This document shows, in pieces, positions 27,282 to 37,347 of a stretch of 64,000 nt of DNA. The stretch is taken from the NCBI GenBank assembly GCA_050246115.1, contig JBFWWP010000004.1:98521-162520 (forward strand), given 5' to 3'. The translations under genes and the position numbers were made by a program. The DNA is from Planctomycetota bacterium (GTDB lineage Bacteria; Planctomycetota; UBA8108; UBA1146; JAJFFE01). The notes below the pieces were generated by a model. It worked only from the letters and a program-made list of their open reading frames with translations. It had not been told where the DNA came from and did no database searches. Each line of letters starts with the position of its first letter. The stretch's first letter is position 1.

Positions 27282-28031
27282 TCAGACGTCACGCTCGTAG
27301 ACCTGGATGAACTTGTTGTGGCGCACGGATTCCGGCAGCAGTTGCTGCGCCGCATGAACCCACTGCCTGAGGCCGCGTCGCTTCGTCGTCGAAGCGACCG
27401 TGAGGTAGTGAGCCTCCGTGAGGCGGAAACCGCTGTCGAGCAGGATCCGCTGCACACGGCTCGGGCTCACCGCTCGCTGGTTTGGCGTCAGGAAGGCCGG
27501 ACGCAGCAGCGGATTGATGACGTTGAGCAGCGCGTACGACTGCGGGTTGCGGGCATTCGGTTCGAAGACGAAGACGCGACTCGCAGCCACTCGCGCCGCT
27601 TCGCGGAGCACGAGCTCGAAGTCTCGAAAGTGGTGGAGGATCAGACTCAGGAACGCGGCATCGAAGTGGCGGTCGGCAAACGGCAAGTGCCGTACGTCTC
27701 CGCAGCGGATGTCGCCTCGAAGGCCCAGTCGTTCGAAGGCTGCGTGTGCAGTGTCGACGGCGGTCTGAGCCAGCTCCACGCCGGTGACCTCGTAGCCGTA
27801 CTGGGCGAAACGGCGGGCGTGCTGTCCGGTGCCGCAGCCGACATCGATCACCGTCGCGCCCGGCGGGAGACGCTTCACGGTGAGTTCGTGCACGCGCTCA
27901 TAGCCCGAAGCGATGAAGTGGTGGTCCCCGTCGCGCTCATAGAGTCGCTCGTAGTGGGAACGCTCTCGCGTGACGTCCTGGGTCCCGTGCGGGATCGAAC
28001 TTCGACTCAGCGTGCTCACGGTCGGCTCCAT
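27282..28031 (-). CDS. Class I SAM-dependent methyltransferase (Methyltransf_11/25-like)
   Basis: 'VIDVGCGTGQHARRFAQYGYEVTGVEL', 'DAAFLSLILHH', 'RVFVFEPN'. Confidence 0.8.
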   Translation of the reverse strand: MEPTVSTLSRSSIPHGTQDVTRERSHYERLYERDGDHHFIASGYERVHELTVKRLPPGATVIDVGCGTGQHARRFAQYGYEVTGVELAQTAVDTAHAAFERLGLRGDIRCGDVRHLPFADRHFDAAFLSLILHHFRDFELVLREAARVAASRVFVFEPNARNPQSYALLNVINPLLRPAFLTPNQRAVSPSRVQRILLDSGFRLTEAHYLTVASTTKRRGLRQWVHAAQQLLPESVRHNKFIQVYERDV

Positions 28032-28298
28032 CTCTCTCGAAGCGGTTGGCGAGCGCGACTCGGCCCAGCACGGGCCTCACGCTCCGTCGATCTCGACCCT
28101 GTCTTCTTCGGATCGACGGACACCCCACATGAACCCCTGAGACCGCTCGCGCCGCCCGACGGGTCCGCACCCCAGTCCCGGAATCGAGCGTATCCGCGCT
28201 TGCTTCGGGCCCAGATGCCCTCCAAGGGGGCCTTCGCACGCCCGTTCGCGGCGCCAAGCGCTCGTTGGCGGTATTCCGATTCGCTGACGCGCACCTCC

Positions 28299-30041
28299 CT
28301 ATCGTCCGACCTCGACCCGGCGAGCCGTCACGAAGATGAGCAGGTCGCGCTGCTCGCGGACGCGGGTCTCCCGTCGGAACAAGAAGCCGATGAGCGGCGC
28401 CCGCATCAGCCACGGGATGCCCACGACGCGTGTGCGCATGACATTGCTGCGCAAGCCGCCGAGGACCACCGTCGCGCCTTCGGTGACGACGAGCTGCGTG
28501 TCGAGGTAGCGGGTCTCGATGACGGGCCTGGTGATGGCAGGAGCTTCGACGCCCTGCACGACCGCGCCGCTCGGGATCGTGATCGTGTCCACTTGGTCAC
28601 GAATCACCGGTTGGATGCGCAGTTGCACTTCGTTCGGTCGGGCCCCGGCCGACGGCGTGACGTTCAGCACGATGCCGGTGAAGTTGCGATCGTTCACGAC
28701 CGCAACCAATGCCACGTTGGCGTCCGAAGTACTCAGACCGTCGCGCGACACCACCGTCGTGTCGAACACCGGGCGGTAATCCTCGACATAAGGAAGGTTG
28801 GTGGTGATCGCGATCGTTGCACGCGAGTTATTGACCGATGCGATCGTGGGCGCGGACAAGACCTCCGCCTCGTCCTCGGACTCGAGCGCGCGGAGCAGGG
28901 CCTCGAACCGTGGCTCGCTCAAGATGCCGAGCACCTCCAAGTTGAGTCCAGTGGCAGCACCTGGGATCAAGGGCGCGATACCCACGCGCTGTCCGGTGGC
29001 CGGCGACAGGGACACCATCTCACGATCGTCACCGAGCTGCGCAAACTCGGTCAGGCCGAACTCCACTCCAAGTTCGCGGGCTGCTTCCGCGGACAGCTCC
29101 AGGAAGCGTGCCTCGATCTCGATGAGATCGGGACTGCGCGCGAGGGTATCGAGGCAGCGCTCGATCTGGTCGAGGGACGACGCTTCCGAGCGCACGAAGA
29201 GCAGGTTGTGTCGTCGATCGAGGAACCACGTGGATCCGTCGGGCCAGGGTACGAGCTCCGGCATCCGGGCCAGGAACTTCTCGAGATGAGACACGGGCTC
29301 GACCGCGGAAGGTCCTTCCGCGGGAACTAGCGCTGCACCGCCATCCCCTTCGCTCTCTTGCCGTTGCACGCGGGAGATGAACGACAGCTGACGCAGAGAA
29401 TCGAAGTCATTCGGAAGACTGGCCTGGATCAGCCCGCCCGGCAGGGGATACACGAGCAACGCCAAACGCGCTCCGGGTCGGGGGTGGACGACCAGGAGCC
29501 GACCTTCGAGTTCGAACTCGATCGGAAACAGCTGGCCCAAACGCGTGAGGAGTTCGCCCAGGGGAAGCTGGCTAACGCGGAGGGAGAGCTCGAGGTCGCC
29601 CACCAATCCCTGGTCGACCAGCAGTTCGAAGCCGAGACTATCGGCAAGGTGCACGAGCGCTTCGCCGAGGGGAACGCGGTCGAGACTGAGACTCACCGGT
29701 GTGGTGGCCAACCGCGGGTCCGCGTTCGGCGCGCGCGGGCTCAGGCGGTAGGGCCGCGCGGACTCGGCGGCGGGGCCTGGCGACAGCGACCGGCGCGTCG
29801 GCGCCGGCGCCGGACCGACCGTGACGCCCGGGCGGCGTGGGTCGTCGATCGCCTCTTTCACGGCGCACCCCGCGCTCAGCGTGAGGACGGCGAGCACGCC
29901 CGCCACGAAGGTCGACGCCGTGCGACGATCCACTTCGACGCCGCCGGGCGGAGGGGGCGCCGTGGGCCCACGCACGGAGGCCGCGAGTGGCGCGGCACCG
30001 GCGCGCAGGAAGTCCGGCGTGCGCGCGCTCCATAGCTGCAT
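28299..30041 (-). CDS. Secretin-family outer-membrane channel (GspD/PilQ-type), lipoprotein
   Basis: Trimmed to the ATG at 30041 ('MQLWS...'); the upstream track sequence is R-rich. Lipobox 'LTLSAGC'. Secretin C-domain: 'VQLRIQPVIRDQV...IETRYLDTQLVVTEGATVVLGGLRSNVMRTRVVGIPWLMRAPLIGFLFRRETRVREQRDLLIFVTARRV'. N3-like: 'PDLIEIEARFLEL'. Confidence 0.75.
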   Translation of the reverse strand: MQLWSARTPDFLRAGAAPLAASVRGPTAPPPPGGVEVDRRTASTFVAGVLAVLTLSAGCAVKEAIDDPRRPGVTVGPAPAPTRRSLSPGPAAESARPYRLSPRAPNADPRLATTPVSLSLDRVPLGEALVHLADSLGFELLVDQGLVGDLELSLRVSQLPLGELLTRLGQLFPIEFELEGRLLVVHPRPGARLALLVYPLPGGLIQASLPNDFDSLRQLSFISRVQRQESEGDGGAALVPAEGPSAVEPVSHLEKFLARMPELVPWPDGSTWFLDRRHNLLFVRSEASSLDQIERCLDTLARSPDLIEIEARFLELSAEAARELGVEFGLTEFAQLGDDREMVSLSPATGQRVGIAPLIPGAATGLNLEVLGILSEPRFEALLRALESEDEAEVLSAPTIASVNNSRATIAITTNLPYVEDYRPVFDTTVVSRDGLSTSDANVALVAVVNDRNFTGIVLNVTPSAGARPNEVQLRIQPVIRDQVDTITIPSGAVVQGVEAPAITRPVIETRYLDTQLVVTEGATVVLGGLRSNVMRTRVVGIPWLMRAPLIGFLFRRETRVREQRDLLIFVTARRVEVGR

Positions 30042-30046
30042 GCCTC

Positions 30047-31123
30047 TCACGGTTGCCCCGAGGGTTGGCCGGTGCCGTTCCAGAGCGCGTCGTCCGACAC
30101 GAACACCTCGAGCGGCAACCACTCCACTCGACCGTCCCCGAACAACGCACAGCAACCGCCGCGGTGGCGCGCGTGCGGGCGGCTCGGCAGCGTGGGCTCG
30201 CCCAATCCCGGGACCGGTGAGTCGCTCGCCCAAACGGGCGCGAACCCGCTGCCGCTCGACCCCAACGCCGGGATCCGTGGCGGGTCGACGGTGAAGGAGT
30301 GATTCCCGAGAGCGCCCGCATCGAGGTGACTCGGGGGCTGATACGGCGCGACACCCGTGCCGGCCGAGTCCATCAGCACGACCGTGTGAGCTGGATCCGC
30401 GATCTCGGACGAGCGCACGGGGTAGCGGCGTCGACGGGGCTCTCCGGCCGGACCGTGATCCACGACGCGGGCATCGCCCAGGTACTGGTGGTTGTAGCCG
30501 TAGGCGCCATTGCGTCCAACCGGCCAATGGGCCACCGTCGGACAGCGAAAGACATCGGGAAACACGCGCTGCTCGGCGTCATCCTCCGAAGGCAAGACGC
30601 TGCGTGATGCCACGCCGCTCGCGGGGTCTATCATGGCGCGACCTTGGCCCGAGGAGGAGGCTCCCGGCGGCGCTCCGAGGTACGGCGCCAGACTATGGTA
30701 CCAACGGCGCCGCTCGACCACCCGCCCGGTGGTGTCGGTGACCTCGATCTCGGCCGCCGGATAGTGCCCATGGTCGGCGACGTACTCGGTTACGGCCTGC
30801 CCGATCTGTCGGAGATTCGACAAACAGACAGTACGGTCCGCACGCTCCAACGCCCCACGCAGCGCCGGGACTGCCATCGCACCGAGGACCGCTAGGATCG
30901 TGATCACCACCAACAACTCGGTCAGCGTGAATCCGTGTTCTTGGCCGGTCGGTAACGGGACGGTTCGCCAAGTGCTCGCTGCGCTCGGGATCGACGTCGG
31001 TCCATTCGCGGCGGTTGGGAACGCGGACGATTCAGTCAACTCAGTGGCTCCTTCCCGAGGTCTCTCGGGAGAGGAAGCACGCGGAGGGCCAGCGCGCCGA
31101 GAAGTCACAAGACTCGCGTTCAC
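30047..31123 (-). CDS. Prepilin-type N-terminal cleavage/methylation domain protein with DUF1559 C-terminal domain (PVC-type pseudopilin-like)
   Basis: 'GFTLTELLVVITILAVLGAMAVPAL' class III signal. C-terminal 'GGCCALFGDGRVEWL' resembles the DUF1559 signature. The track start (GTG 31123) gives a 63-aa leader, so the real start is probably further downstream. Immediately upstream of, and co-oriented with, the secretin. Confidence 0.7.
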   Translation of the reverse strand: MNASLVTSRRAGPPRASSPERPREGATELTESSAFPTAANGPTSIPSAASTWRTVPLPTGQEHGFTLTELLVVITILAVLGAMAVPALRGALERADRTVCLSNLRQIGQAVTEYVADHGHYPAAEIEVTDTTGRVVERRRWYHSLAPYLGAPPGASSSGQGRAMIDPASGVASRSVLPSEDDAEQRVFPDVFRCPTVAHWPVGRNGAYGYNHQYLGDARVVDHGPAGEPRRRRYPVRSSEIADPAHTVVLMDSAGTGVAPYQPPSHLDAGALGNHSFTVDPPRIPALGSSGSGFAPVWASDSPVPGLGEPTLPSRPHARHRGGCCALFGDGRVEWLPLEVFVSDDALWNGTGQPSGQP

Positions 31124-31301
31124 GGCTCCCTGAGCGTTGGCTCCCGCTTCAGGTCGTGCGGCCGTGGTCGTCCGGGTGTGGACAACCGTACGGATGCGGC
31201 CGATCGTCGAGGGCGGTTCGCGGCGCGGTTGAACTCGGGCAGCTCACTGCATCTCGGGTGCGGGCGAAACTCAGGACGGGGAGACTCTCCGGGGCGACTC
31301 C

Positions 31302-31952
31302 TCAGCTCTTTGCCTTTTTTGCGCGACCGCGTGCCGCCCACTTCTTGCCGACGAACGGCACGGCCTCTTTGGCGCGGGTCCAGTCGAGCCACAGGTGGTT
31401 CGCGATGCCCCAAGCCTCGGCCAGCCCCCACGCTGCGATCAGAATCAAAAAGCCAGCGACGATCAGCATCGGGTGGATACGGAGCCCCTGATCGTCGATT
31501 GCCGTGAGGGTCGCCCCATCCTGCGGTACGGGCTTCCCCTTCGAAGCGCGCCACATGCTGATCGCCCACTGCGCGCCGACGAAGCAAATCACGGCGTAGG
31601 CCACCGAGATGAAGAACTTGCGAGTGAGGCGACCCTCTTCCTCGATGCGGGCAGCGACTTCCTCGCGAAGATCGTCGTCGGACTTGCGGCGCTCGGCGTA
31701 GGGTCCTTCTTCGAAGACGACTAGCTTGCACTCGGGACACTTACTGACGTGCCGGACCAGCTTGACCAGTTCGTCCGGCGACAACGCATGCGACTCGTGA
31801 GGAGGGCGGCGGAAACGATCGGCCTTGGTGCGATCGAGGACACCGGTCAGTTCGGAGTCGATCGTCAACCCCGCGATGGGGGCCGCACCCTGACGATGCT
31901 GGAAGAGCCTGTGGTACAAGGCATAGAGATCTTGGGGATCGACGTGGGCCAT
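31302..31952 (-). CDS. Hypothetical membrane protein with N-terminal CxxC-x..-CPEC zinc-ribbon-like segment and C-terminal TM helices / Lys-rich tail
   Basis: Track ORF 31302-32954 trimmed to the ATG at 31952; the upstream part is antisense to the esterase gene at 32148-32879. 'KCPECK', TM helices 'FFISVAYAVICFVGAQWAI' and 'MLIVAGFLILIAAWGLA'. Confidence 0.45.
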   Translation of the reverse strand: MAHVDPQDLYALYHRLFQHRQGAAPIAGLTIDSELTGVLDRTKADRFRRPPHESHALSPDELVKLVRHVSKCPECKLVVFEEGPYAERRKSDDDLREEVAARIEEEGRLTRKFFISVAYAVICFVGAQWAISMWRASKGKPVPQDGATLTAIDDQGLRIHPMLIVAGFLILIAAWGLAEAWGIANHLWLDWTRAKEAVPFVGKKWAARGRAKKAKS

Positions 31953-32147
31953 GGGTTCGACTCGCTGCTTGGCTGGTGAATTGCCGGACACCTGGAAATC
32001 GACCCGGCGCCCCGACGAGGAACAAACCACCCGGATCGCACACAGAACGCGCGCAGCGTTGGCGGCCGAGCGCAGAAACCGGCAGTATAGGAGCCGCGCG
32101 CCGGCCTCGGTAAGGTTTTTCTGGCGCCTGGCCCGAGGAGGTAGCCT

Positions 32148-32879
32148 TTGGATCCCAGCACGCCGGCCCCGATGCTCCAACGCGGCGAGCATCCGTTCAC
32201 GCAGCCCTGTGGGTACCTCTGGCGCAGCGGCGGCCCGACCCCGAGCGGAGCGGCCCTCCTGGTTGCCCTCCACGGCATGGGGATGACCGCCGAGAAGTTC
32301 GCGCGGGTCCTGCGTCACCTGCCGCCCACCGACCGCGGGCTGCTGATACCCGACGGACCTTACCCCTACGAAATGCGGTCCGCGGATGGTATTCAGGTGG
32401 GTCGGGCGTGGTACATCTACCGCGGCGACCAAGACGAGTTCCGTGAGCATCTGCTGCGCAGCGAGGCGTATCTGCTCGCGTTGCTCGACACCCTCGCCCT
32501 GCGCGAGCCGATCGCGGCCCGGCGAACGGTCCTCGTGGGCTTCAGCCAAGGCGGGTACCTCGCGGGCTTCGTCGCGTGTCGGCACCCGGAGCGATTCGCC
32601 GGCTTGGTCATCGCGTCGGCGCGGCTCAAACACGAGTTCTTGAGGCCGGAGCTCGAGACTCCGGGGCGGCGGTTGCCACGCGCACTGTTCCTGCACTCGG
32701 CAAGCGACGCTCAGATCGACGCTCGACACGCCCACGACGGGGTCGAGCGCCTCCGCGCCGCCGGCGGCGATGCCGAGTTGTTCCTCCATGGCGGAGGACA
32801 TCGGCTGCCGACCGAGGCCTTGAACGAACTCCATCACTGGCTCGAGAGAAAGGGGCTCGATGCTCCAACCGATCAATGA
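32148..32879 (+). CDS. Phospholipase/carboxylesterase-family alpha/beta hydrolase
   Basis: 'LLVALHGMG', 'VLVGFSQGGYLAG' (GxSxG), 'FLHSASDAQID', 'HGGGHRL'. TTG start with GGAGG 7 nt upstream (ATG alternative at 32172). Confidence 0.75.
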   Translation: MDPSTPAPMLQRGEHPFTQPCGYLWRSGGPTPSGAALLVALHGMGMTAEKFARVLRHLPPTDRGLLIPDGPYPYEMRSADGIQVGRAWYIYRGDQDEFREHLLRSEAYLLALLDTLALREPIAARRTVLVGFSQGGYLAGFVACRHPERFAGLVIASARLKHEFLRPELETPGRRLPRALFLHSASDAQIDARHAHDGVERLRAAGGDAELFLHGGGHRLPTEALNELHHWLERKGLDAPTDQ

Positions 32880-33675
32880 CCGTGTCGAGCAGATTTGGGA
32901 AGCCCTCGAGGCCGGCAACGTCGAGGAGGCCTTCGAGCTGGCAGGGCGTCTCAATCCCGCGCCCGACGAGTACGAAGCACGGCTCGCCGTGGCGGTGACC
33001 CTGCTCGAGGCCGGCAGCGCGCGCGAGGCCTACAGCCGCTTGACCGAGCTCGGCACGGATCCACTCGATGACGACATGGAGTTCGCCCGCCGCGTACACC
33101 TCGGCGAAGCGGCGTACGCCCTCGGCGAAATGGAAGAGGCGTTCGGGCTGTTCGAGAGTCTCGAGCCGAGCGACCCGAGCGAGCAAGCACAACTCTCGTG
33201 GTGGCTGGGTCTGTGTCACGACCACCAAGGGGATAGCGAGCAAGCCGATCGCTGCTTTCGCGACGCACGCGCCGCTGACCCGGAGAGTGTCCCGTTACTG
33301 GTGTCGATCACTCCGGACGAAGTGCGGTCCGTGGTGGAGCGGGTCGCCAAGACGCTGCCGGCGCCGATTGCCAAGTCCTTCGAAGAGGTGCCCGTGGTCA
33401 TCGAGGATCTCCCGGCCCGCGAGATCATCCGCAGTAGCGATGGCGAGGTGCATCCCGACACGCTGGGGCTCTACGTAGGCACGAACCTGCTCGAGCGCTC
33501 GCACATGGCGCCGGACGGACTGCCGCCGACGATCTACATCTACCGCCGCAATCTCGAGCGCTTCGTCGATGATCGAGAAGAACTCGAGCAAGAGATCCGC
33601 ACGACCTTGCTGCATGAGCTGGGCCACCACCTGGGGTACGAGGAAGAGGATCTCGACCGGCTGGGCCTGGCGTAG
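32860..33675 (+). CDS. TPR-like N-domain + zincin-like metallopeptidase domain (HExxH)
   Basis: C-terminal 'IYIYRRNLERF...LLHELGHHLGYEEEDL' resembles the 'possible zinc metallopeptidase' (zincin) family. Overlaps the preceding gene by 20 bp. Confidence 0.55.
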   Translation: MLQPINDRVEQIWEALEAGNVEEAFELAGRLNPAPDEYEARLAVAVTLLEAGSAREAYSRLTELGTDPLDDDMEFARRVHLGEAAYALGEMEEAFGLFESLEPSDPSEQAQLSWWLGLCHDHQGDSEQADRCFRDARAADPESVPLLVSITPDEVRSVVERVAKTLPAPIAKSFEEVPVVIEDLPAREIIRSSDGEVHPDTLGLYVGTNLLERSHMAPDGLPPTIYIYRRNLERFVDDREELEQEIRTTLLHELGHHLGYEEEDLDRLGLA

Positions 33676-33835
33676 GGACGGTGGGAGAAACGTCGAGCGG
33701 AGCATCGTTCGAGCGGGCGCATTCACCGGCGATTCGCGTCGGCATGGGTTCTCCGACAGCCTCCCGGCCTTGACGTTGAATGCACGGCCCGATCGGTGGG
33801 GCACGCGTTGGCGGCGGCTCGCTACACCGGTGCGT

Positions 33836-35713
33836 TCAATAGTCGGTCAAGGTTTTGGGGCGCAGCGCGACCCGGAGAGCGTTGGTGACCGCGAGCACAT
33901 CGATGATCTCTTGCACCACCGCGCCGGCGACCGGGGGTAGGTATCCGGCAGCCGCGACGAGCATACCCACGATGCTGAGAACCATACCCCCCACGGCACT
34001 CTGCAACAGGATGCGGCGCATCCGTTGGCTGATGTGGAGAAACTCGTCGACCTTGGCGAGCGAGCTGTCGAGGATGACGACGTCGGCCGCCTGGGTGGTC
34101 ACGTCGCTGCGCTCTCCGAACGCAATACCGACCGTGGCCGAGATCAACGCCGGCGCGTCGTTGATCCCGTCGCCCACGAAGATCGTCTCCGCGCGGCTCA
34201 TCTCCTCGCGAACGATCTCCACCTTCCGTTCTGGACTGGAGCTGAAGTAGACGTCGTGGATACCGACCTCCTCGGCCAGGTATCTCACCTCCGATTCACG
34301 ATCCCCCGACACCAGGAGCACTCGGTCGACGCCGTGCCGTGGCCGTAGGTGATTGACGAACAAGGCGCCATCGGAGCGCGGCGTGTCCCGGAATTGAAAC
34401 GTCGCGGCATAACGACCGTCGACGACGACCACGCACTCGAGGCCACCCCGATGCGGGGGCAGGAGCGCGGCCGACTCCGGAAACTCCTCGATGAGCCGCT
34501 GGCGACTCAGGATCCGAACGTGGCGCCCTCCGACCACGCCAGTGAGGCCTTCACCCGGACGTTCTGAGATCTGGCTCGCCTCACGGAGCACGACTCGTGC
34601 CCCGCGCCCGGCCTCGATCATGGCTTGGGCAAGCGGGTGCCGCGAGTACTGCTCGAGGCTGGTCGCCAGCGATAGCGCCTCGTTCGGGTCGAACTCGGGC
34701 GCGGTGCTCTGCCCGATGAGCCGCGGCTTGCCGTACGTGAGGGTTCCGGTCTTGTCGAAGATGATCGTCCGGCAACGATCGACACGCTCGAGCGCCACCG
34801 GATTGCGGACGATGATCGCGCGCTTCGCTGCGAGCGAGATGGAGCCGATGATCGCGACCGGGATGGCGATCAGCAGGGGGCAGGGAGTGGCGACGACGAG
34901 GACCGCGAGGAAGCGCACGGGGTCACCGCAAAGCGCCCACGCGCACAACGCGACCAGGACCGCGAGCGGGGTGTAGAAGGCTCCGAGTCGATCGCCGATG
35001 CGCCGGAGGCGCGGCCGGTGCTGCTCGGATGACTGCATGACCCGCATGATCTTCGCGTAACGGGAGTCCACGGCGAGTCGATCCGCACGAATCGTCAGTA
35101 CCGACTCGCCGTTGATCGCCCCCGAGATCACCGCCGAGCCGGGAGTCTTCGACAGCAAGTACGGCTCGCCGGTGAGATAGGACTCATCCATGACGCTATG
35201 GCCCGCGAGCACGGTGCCGTCGATGGGGCAAGTCTCGTGCGGCATGACCAGCACGACGTCACCGACGGCAACCTCGGACAGCGCGACTTCCTCGACGCGG
35301 GATCCGACCTGGCGATGGGCGATCGATGGCATCCGATCGGCCAGCGCTCTGAGCACCGACGATGCGCTACGAACCGCGTACGCCTCGAGGGTCGCCCCGC
35401 CGGCGAGCATCAAAACGACGAAGGCGCCGGCGAGGTACTCACCGAGCACGATCGAGGTCACGATGGAGAGACCCGCGAGCAAGTCCGAACCGAACTCGCG
35501 GCGCAGGAGCTTTCGGGACAGATCCCATACGAGAGGGACGCCGCCAAGCACCAAGACCGCGAGCAGGGGGACCGCTTGGGCGGTGGTCGAGCTCTCGAGC
35601 CCAAACCGCAAGACCAGGTGCGCGACGATCCCGAGCAGCGCAAGTCCGGCGATCACGGCTTCGCGGAGCGCGCCGGCGACTGGAGCCACGGCGACCGGCG
35701 AGTCGGGACTCAT
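33836..35713 (-). CDS. Heavy-metal-translocating P1B-type ATPase, 'PCP' subgroup (P1B-5-like), no N-terminal metal-binding domain
   Basis: Trimmed to the ATG at 35713 (GGAGGAG upstream). 'DKTGTLTYGKP', 'VGDGINDAPALISATVGIAFG', TM6 'VVATPCPLLIAIP'. No CxxC/HMA domain before TM1. Confidence 0.85.
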   Translation of the reverse strand: MSPDSPVAVAPVAGALREAVIAGLALLGIVAHLVLRFGLESSTTAQAVPLLAVLVLGGVPLVWDLSRKLLRREFGSDLLAGLSIVTSIVLGEYLAGAFVVLMLAGGATLEAYAVRSASSVLRALADRMPSIAHRQVGSRVEEVALSEVAVGDVVLVMPHETCPIDGTVLAGHSVMDESYLTGEPYLLSKTPGSAVISGAINGESVLTIRADRLAVDSRYAKIMRVMQSSEQHRPRLRRIGDRLGAFYTPLAVLVALCAWALCGDPVRFLAVLVVATPCPLLIAIPVAIIGSISLAAKRAIIVRNPVALERVDRCRTIIFDKTGTLTYGKPRLIGQSTAPEFDPNEALSLATSLEQYSRHPLAQAMIEAGRGARVVLREASQISERPGEGLTGVVGGRHVRILSRQRLIEEFPESAALLPPHRGGLECVVVVDGRYAATFQFRDTPRSDGALFVNHLRPRHGVDRVLLVSGDRESEVRYLAEEVGIHDVYFSSSPERKVEIVREEMSRAETIFVGDGINDAPALISATVGIAFGERSDVTTQAADVVILDSSLAKVDEFLHISQRMRRILLQSAVGGMVLSIVGMLVAAAGYLPPVAGAVVQEIIDVLAVTNALRVALRPKTLTDY

Positions 35714-35883
35714 GGTCGAACTCCTCCGGCCCCGACTCCGCTGACCCCCAAGCCGTACCTTCGGGAGCACGCGGCGCTGCGGGCGCGAGCACACCTACGA
35801 ACGCGGACGATCCGGACGACCCGAACCTCGCGGCTCCGGCTCGGCGCCGCCCGCGTGGCTACGGGTCGAACTCCTGGAAACGC

Positions 35884-37026
35884 CTAGCGCAGCTTGGCCG
35901 CTGCGGCAGTGTTCTCCCAAGTGAACTGCGGAAGCTCGCGGCCGAAGTGCCCGTGCCGTGCGGTCTCGTAGTAGATCGGACGCATCAGGTCGAGGTACTC
36001 GATCAGGGCGGCCGGCTTCAGCGGGAAGTTGCGCCGTACGATCTGCTCGATCTCCGGGTCGGGAAGGGTCCCGGTTCCGAAGGTATCGACGTAGACCGAA
36101 GTCGGTTCGGCCACGCCAATGGCGTACGAGATCTGCACCTCGCAACGCTTCGCCAGGCCGGCCTTCACGACGTTCTTGGCCACGTGTCGCGCCATGTAGG
36201 CCGCGGAACGATCCACTTTCGACGGGTCTTTGCCGCTGAAGGCACCGCCGCCGTGGCGGCCCGCGCCGCCGTACGTGTCGACGATGATCTTACGGCCGGT
36301 CAATCCACAGTCGCCGTGAGGGCCACCGATCACGAAACGCCCGGTGGGATTGATGAGGAACTTGGTCTCGCCCGTCAGGTACTGCGCGGGTACCACCTTG
36401 CGAATGAGCCTGCTCTCGATCGCTTCCTTGAGCTCTGCCTGCGTGACGTCCTCATTGTGCTGCGAAGAGAGGACGACGGTACTCACGGACACCGGAGTCG
36501 CCCCGTCGTAGTCCACGGTCACCTGCGACTTGGCGTCAGGGCGCAGAAACGGCAGTTCGCCGCTGCGGCGCAGTCGGGCGTGTTCTTCGACCAATCGATG
36601 GGCGAGCTGGATCGGCAGCGGCATCAGCTCCGGGGTCTCGTCGCAGGCGTACCCGAACATGAGTCCTTGATCGCCGGCGCCCTGCTCTTTGTTCACCGAA
36701 GAGTCGACGCCCATGGCGATGTCCGGGGATTGGCGATCGAGCGACACGAGTACCGCGCACGAGTCGCACCCGATGCCGAAGGCCTCGTTGGTGTAACCGA
36801 TCTCGCGCAGGGTACGGCGGACGATGTCGGCGGTCGGGATCACGGCTTTACTGGTGATCTCGCCGGCGATCACCGCCATGCCGGTGCTGACCATGGTTTC
36901 GCAGGCAACGCGACTGCGCGGATCCTGTTCGAGGTAGGCGTCGAGGACTGCATCGGAGATCTGGTCCGCGACCTTGTCGGGATGCCCCATCGATACCGAC
37001 TCGGAGGTGAACTGCTTTCTTCGCAT
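35884..37026 (-). CDS. metK: S-adenosylmethionine synthetase
   Basis: Trimmed to '[29 protein letters not shown]'. '[12 protein letters not shown]', '[18 protein letters not shown]'. Confidence 0.95.
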   Translation of the reverse strand: MRRKQFTSESVSMGHPDKVADQISDAVLDAYLEQDPRSRVACETMVSTGMAVIAGEITSKAVIPTADIVRRTLREIGYTNEAFGIGCDSCAVLVSLDRQSPDIAMGVDSSVNKEQGAGDQGLMFGYACDETPELMPLPIQLAHRLVEEHARLRRSGELPFLRPDAKSQVTVDYDGATPVSVSTVVLSSQHNEDVTQAELKEAIESRLIRKVVPAQYLTGETKFLINPTGRFVIGGPHGDCGLTGRKIIVDTYGGAGRHGGGAFSGKDPSKVDRSAAYMARHVAKNVVKAGLAKRCEVQISYAIGVAEPTSVYVDTFGTGTLPDPEIEQIVRRNFPLKPAALIEYLDLMRPIYYETARHGHFGRELPQFTWENTAAAAKLR

Positions 37027-37347
37027 CACGCGACAGTCCTTTCTTCTGTGCGACGGGAACCGAGAACGATCGGCTGGACGGGACGACTCGTCGGCCGTCG
37101 CCGCGGGCAATGCCGGTCCATGGGTTCTTCGGCTTTCCGGACGAGGGTTCTACGGAGCCGCTCTCGGCGGGGCCCCGTCCCCAAGCTCGTAGAGTGTCGT
37201 TCTGGCCACTCCGCCTCCCGCGGGGCGGGCGCGTGGCCGTCCACGGGTTGCTGGGAAAGCGCGGGATCGTAACCTCATGCAGTGCGCAAGGCAAAGGGGC
37301 TCGGCGGCCTATTCTCGGCCGCGCCTGCCTGGGGACCGGATTCCTCG

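Noticed and set aside
27318-29330. 670-aa plus-strand ORF
   Set aside because: Antisense to the methyltransferase (27282-28031) and secretin genes; no motifs.
30042-30527. 5' extension of the secretin ORF (162 codons)
   Set aside because: Arg-rich with no structure. The Met at 30041 is followed by a lipoprotein signal and is separated by 5 bp from the upstream pilin-like gene.
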